From contig NMRA01000235.1 of NCBI GenBank assembly GCA_002633005.1, positions 386,964-450,963 on the forward strand: a stretch of 64,000 bases of DNA, written 5' to 3'. Below are positions 61,755-64,000 of this stretch, piece after piece (positions within the stretch are counted from its first letter, which is position 1; the number at the start of each line of letters is the position of its first letter). A program made the position numbers and the translations under genes. The notes beneath the pieces are model-generated. The model searched no databases and was not told the origin of the DNA. It worked only from the letters and a program-made list of their open reading frames with translations. The DNA comes from Phoronis australis (taxonomy: Eukaryota > Animalia > Phoronida).

Positions 61755-63400
61755 TTGTGTAACGTACGTTCTTGTACGAATATTCTTTCAAAGTTATTTA
61801 GGTTGTTGAAATGGTCCTAAAACTCGAGCTGAAAAGATATCAATGACAAGACTATTTCCGACATCATGCCAGGGTCAAAGTTCGGTGTTTATCACGTAAT
61901 TGTCGAGGTTGCTAGCAACTTTGGCCGGGAAATCACTAGTTACCTACAATTTTACCTTGAGAGTTTTGCTTGATGTACATCAATTGCAAAATGAATTGAA
62001 TGTATAGTCATCACGTGATGATATTGGCAATGGAGGCCTACAACTTTATGAAAATTGTTATGCTGGATTTACACAAAGACTTGGCGTAACTTCAAATTTG
62101 TTTTGACGGATTAGATTAGTTCAGAGTGACGTTTAGCAGTCTTTGCTGATATTGAGCATTGCAGACTTCGTCTAGACTAGTCCACACGGCTTTCGAATCC
62201 CGAAATGAAGGGTGTACAAGAGCGAGTAATTTAGCAACCCACCACAAATTGATAGCTACATGTACATGTACTGCAAGTACAAACAAATACTTTAATAAAG
62301 ACACCATTTACATGCAACAACAATCAAGTGGCAAACTGAGACAAAACACTCCAGTTTATTAAAATCATTTGAAAAATGTATGTCAATAAGATCATTTTTT
62401 ACAAATTAAAAGTGCCTGGGTTGTATCTGAATTCGTTGGTGAATTAAACTTCAATGTTTTAATCAGGTAAGATTGCATATTACAACTTAACAAATCGTGG
62501 GTTCACTACCTGCTTTGTTTGCATCAAGAACACATCATTCCGTTCGTAGCATTCCCGCGCAACAAGATATCAATAACAGCAAGACCATGCAATGTTTTCA
62601 GCCGCAAGGTTTTATGAAAGTGTGCGGGTTAACTTCAACCAGGGCACTAGCATTTAGTGGGTGCCTAGTGTTCGCCAACAACGATTCTATATACGATAGT
62701 TATTCAACTGCCCGTAATGTGCGACAAGCGACGATGATATTTTTGTGGTTAACAGATCCCAGAAGTAGCTTTGGGAGATCTGTCGAGTCGTCTGCATCCC
62801 GACTGATGTCTGGGGCCACGGTTTTGGCGCTTGCTGTCAATACCTTATTTACATGCATGACCTCTGCTCGTCCATGATGGGACCATGTCTTGGATACCAG
62901 TTAAAACAACGTACACGTATGTAGACAATGTGTTCATATTTGTAGAATGAAGCCAGTGAATTATATACTGTGGGAGTTAATTTTTGTTAATTGGTCTCTA
63001 CGCTTCTGGCATTGGTAAAACAGCAAGTAGACTTTGGCCTGTAGGAGGTTTAGTGGCTATTGCTACCTAGTAAATATATTCTGATGCGTTGCCCCTCATT
63101 GTTCAACGTGCGTATCAAATGTAAACACCGACACTAAAATTGCACACTTTCTGTAATTTGGATTCTTTTGTGATGAAACAAATTTTAATCTTGAATCATT
63201 TCAAACTGCTGTTCTTGAACATGTACACCGCCAATATACTACGAGCATTGCTGAGAGATGGATGTTTCATTTCAACAGAATCAGTCACTGCCAACCTATT
63301 GATTCACGTGTGATCTCTTCTTCTTGCAGGCATAAAGGCACAGACCGAGCATAAAGGATTTGACTTAATTCATATTCGTGGAATCAAACTGAATAAGTAA
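36332..63400 (+). CDS. Secreted WSC x2 + kringle x3 protein, join(36332-36404,38161-38300,43819-43984,45325-45597,49500-49805,57056-57337,60279-60560,63330-63400), about 530 aa
   Basis: Exons have GT-AG borders with compatible phases (1,0,1,1,1,1,1) and total 1593 nt. Signal peptide, two 8-Cys WSC domains and three 6-Cys kringles. The terminal exon is tentative. Confidence 0.75.
36857..37540 (-). mobile_element. LTR-like element (putative solo LTR), antisense in intron 1 of the WSC-kringle gene
   Basis: TGTTA...TAACA termini, minus-strand TATAAATA at 37243-37250, internal short repeats and a 64-bp direct repeat. No TSD was found, so the ends are uncertain. Confidence 0.6.
37263..37465. promoter_or_regulatory. 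Cluster of heat-shock elements (alternating nGAAn)
   Basis: Perfect 4-unit TTCtaGAActTTCctGAA at 37293-37310, perfect 3-unit sites at 37388-37400 and 37452-37464, imperfect sites at 37264 and 37348. Confidence 0.65.
38161..38300 (+). CDS. WSC-kringle gene exon 2 (N-terminal half of WSC1)
   Basis: Acceptor ttcattgcag. Encodes PGCYSDGEVRVL...AMCRLKCGEKFK. Donor AAG|gtaaaa. Confidence 0.85.
38731..38910. repeat. Intronic interrupted (CAG)n microsatellite, about 60 triplets
   Basis: Seen directly. The duplicate at 41450-41629 lacks the two CGG interruptions. Confidence 0.95.
39438..39758. mobile_element. MITE of the CATAGGCGG family with 5-bp TSD TCTTT (duplicate near 42157-42477)
   Basis: Homologous to 21482-22052 at both ends. 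TCTTT on both flanks if the decayed right terminus is aligned to the family consensus. Confidence 0.6.
40880..41019 (+). CDS. Second copy of exon 2, probably the other allele (assembly duplicate)
   Basis: Identical to 38161-38300 except one synonymous change (CTG/CTC). Lies in a duplicated block that starts right after the n at 40140. Confidence 0.6.
41450..41629. repeat. Duplicate (CAG)n tract
   Basis: Seen directly. Confidence 0.95.
43819..43984 (+). CDS. WSC-kringle gene exon 3 (C-terminal half of WSC1)
   Basis: Encodes KYAAVQNGRQCFCGN...CDMKCPGASAQNCGG, the WSC pattern G-x-x-C-x-C-G...C-x3-C-x-G...CGG. Borders are caacag and CAG|gtaagg. Confidence 0.9.
43990..44839 (+). mobile_element. 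Partial second copy of the Kolobok-like element, inverted relative to 24430-25390
   Basis: Reverse complement aligns with 24430-25390. Ends GGTGACATTCTCCT|TTAA. Confidence 0.8.
45325..45597 (+). CDS. WSC-kringle gene exon 4 (complete WSC2)
   Basis: Encodes PGCFGDSVERDL...LCRDECGNYGYLFAGTQNGRECWCGN...CNMPCPG...CGA. Borders are ctccag and GAG|gtagta, phase 1-1. Confidence 0.92.
48227..48812 (+). repeat. About 590-bp dispersed repeat, homologous to 59424-60023
   Basis: Shared blocks gttgaatctgtcga, gtcgactcgac, gatcatcaaacttt, tgtctcagttttca, ttttactagagaaaacttgca and taggaattcgaa. Confidence 0.8.
49500..49805 (+). CDS. WSC-kringle gene exon 5 (kringle 1)
   Basis: C...G..YKG...GKRCTRW...NYCRNID...GPWCFT...WDYCFIPIC. 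Borders are tttcag and G|gtaaga, phase 1-1. Confidence 0.9.
50180..51410 (+). mobile_element. Helitron/Helentron (HINE)-like non-autonomous element with internal repeats of about 420 bp
   Basis: 5' (TTATTC/TTC)n microsatellite, repeat units starting tgcaccg at about 50388, 50813 and 51226, 3' hairpin TTATTGTCACG-C-CGTGACAATAA followed by CTAG|T. Confidence 0.65.
51439..55336 (+). mobile_element. Decayed hAT transposon (ZMYM1/PRKRIR-like transposase fossil); boundaries uncertain
   Basis: 54152-54310 reads PNIHVLLQMGCVISVTS*KAEW**STVR*IKT..MTESRLSSLVL, matching the hAT C-terminal dimerisation domain. Candidate termini are CAGGCGATGATCCAAG and CCTGAATCCGTGACTG. Confidence 0.65.
52498..52804. 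repeat. 31-bp minisatellite, about 10 copies (aaaggagcagcagcgtcaatattataacaac)
   Basis: Seen directly. Units are contiguous with no unique spacers. Confidence 0.95.
57056..57337 (+). CDS. WSC-kringle gene exon 6 (kringle 2)
   Basis: GHDYEG...TCRVW...NFCRNPD...GPWCY...DYCGIPFC. 282 nt, borders cttcag and gtacgt. Confidence 0.9.
57352..58502. repeat. 575-bp duplication (57352-57926 and 57928-58502) joined at a single n, probable assembly artefact
   Basis: Near-identical copies separated only by n. Confidence 0.88.
59424..60023 (+). repeat. Second copy of the 590-bp repeat, upstream of the kringle 3 exon
   Basis: See 48227-48812. Confidence 0.8.
60279..60560 (+). CDS. WSC-kringle gene exon 7 (kringle 3)
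   Basis: Paralog of kringle 2, 282 nt, borders ctgcag and gtaagt. Flanking intron sequence is also homologous. Confidence 0.9.
61016..61838. repeat. 411-bp duplication (61016-61426 and 61428-61838) joined at a single n, containing (TG)n
   Basis: Near-identical copies separated only by n. Confidence 0.88.
61134..61240. mobile_element. About 105-bp foldback MITE with 23-bp perfect inverted repeats; related sequence at about 5385-5463
   Basis: AATTTGTTGAATGCACGACACTT / AAGTGTCGTGCATTCAACAAATT. The left arm and core recur at 5.4 kb. Confidence 0.75.
63330..63400 (+). CDS. Possible terminal exon of the WSC-kringle gene (CIKAQTEHKGFDLIHIRGIKLNK*)
   Basis: Strong polypyrimidine acceptor ctcttcttcttgcag, open in phase 1 up to TAA. 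No homology evidence, so the gene may continue beyond the window. Confidence 0.35.
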
Positions 63401-63941
63401 CTAGTCGTATAAAAACCACACCTTCCTCTTACAAAATCAACATTAAAGTATTTTGAAGCATTCAAACGTTTTGTCGAGTTTTTGTTGGTGTTAAGAAGAT
63501 TATTACAAGGTGAGCCTCTTACACTCAAAACGACGTCAGGAATCATTTCCCAAAATGACACAGACGTCTGTATGGGCCGTATCAATTCAAAAGTGAAATG
63601 CAAATTTTGCTACGACGTTTGTTAATGAGAATTTATTTCTGTCGTCGCGTTTTCCTACCTAACACCAAACGCAAAGTATATTTAAAAATATATAAGCTCC
63701 ATTGGGCGGTGCAGTATATGGGGCTCGAGGTATAGCCCCACTTATATCTATCCTGCGTCACCCATGGTGACAGGACAGCTCCACATATGGGGCTAGGGGC
63801 GATCTACTACATTGTATTTCAACTGACATCTGACGAAGGACATTTATGTAGACCATACGAAAATTTGTTGAACAAACTACCTAAGGCCATGAACAGCTTA
63901 GTTTTCAGTGACAGATGTATAAAAGAAGGTGTGCTTCTAAA

Positions 63942-63942
<1 letters not shown>

Positions 63943-64000
<58 letters not shown>
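63943..64000. repeat. (CA)n(TA)n microsatellite
   Basis: Seen directly. Confidence 0.95.

Noticed and set aside
62497-62877. 126-aa ORF as a further exon or gene
   Set aside because: No recognisable domain and no convincing splice sites. Possibly decayed repeat.

Overview
AT-rich eukaryotic (invertebrate, probably lophotrochozoan by inference) genomic DNA from a draft assembly with N gaps. Two spliced genes lie on the + strand. (1) An intact core 1 beta-1,3-galactosyltransferase (C1GALT1/T-synthase, GT31): coding exons 6632-6881, 10508-11041, 13231-13358 and 14605-14733, giving 346 aa. (2) A predicted secreted protein with the architecture signal peptide-WSC-WSC-kringle-kringle-kringle: exons 36332-36404, 38161-38300, 43819-43984, 45325-45597, 49500-49805, 57056-57337, 60279-60560 and possibly 63330-63400, about 530 aa. 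The last two kringle exons come from a tandem duplication and differ mostly in one elongated loop. The rest is transposon debris and satellites: CR1/L2-, Tx1- and RTE-type LINE fragments, a Kolobok-like TTAA element with a THAP relic, a hAT transposase fossil, MITEs with 5-bp and 10-bp TSDs, a Helitron/HINE-like repeat, a tRNA-derived SINE, and an LTR-like element carrying heat-shock elements. Four gap-flanked duplications look like uncollapsed haplotypes. The 8-mer TACATGTA is about 10-fold over-represented, and at two sites it appears to be a 6-bp insertion at a TA, matching a Tc1/mariner-type excision footprint. All coordinates, counts and alignments were made by eye. No database search was run.
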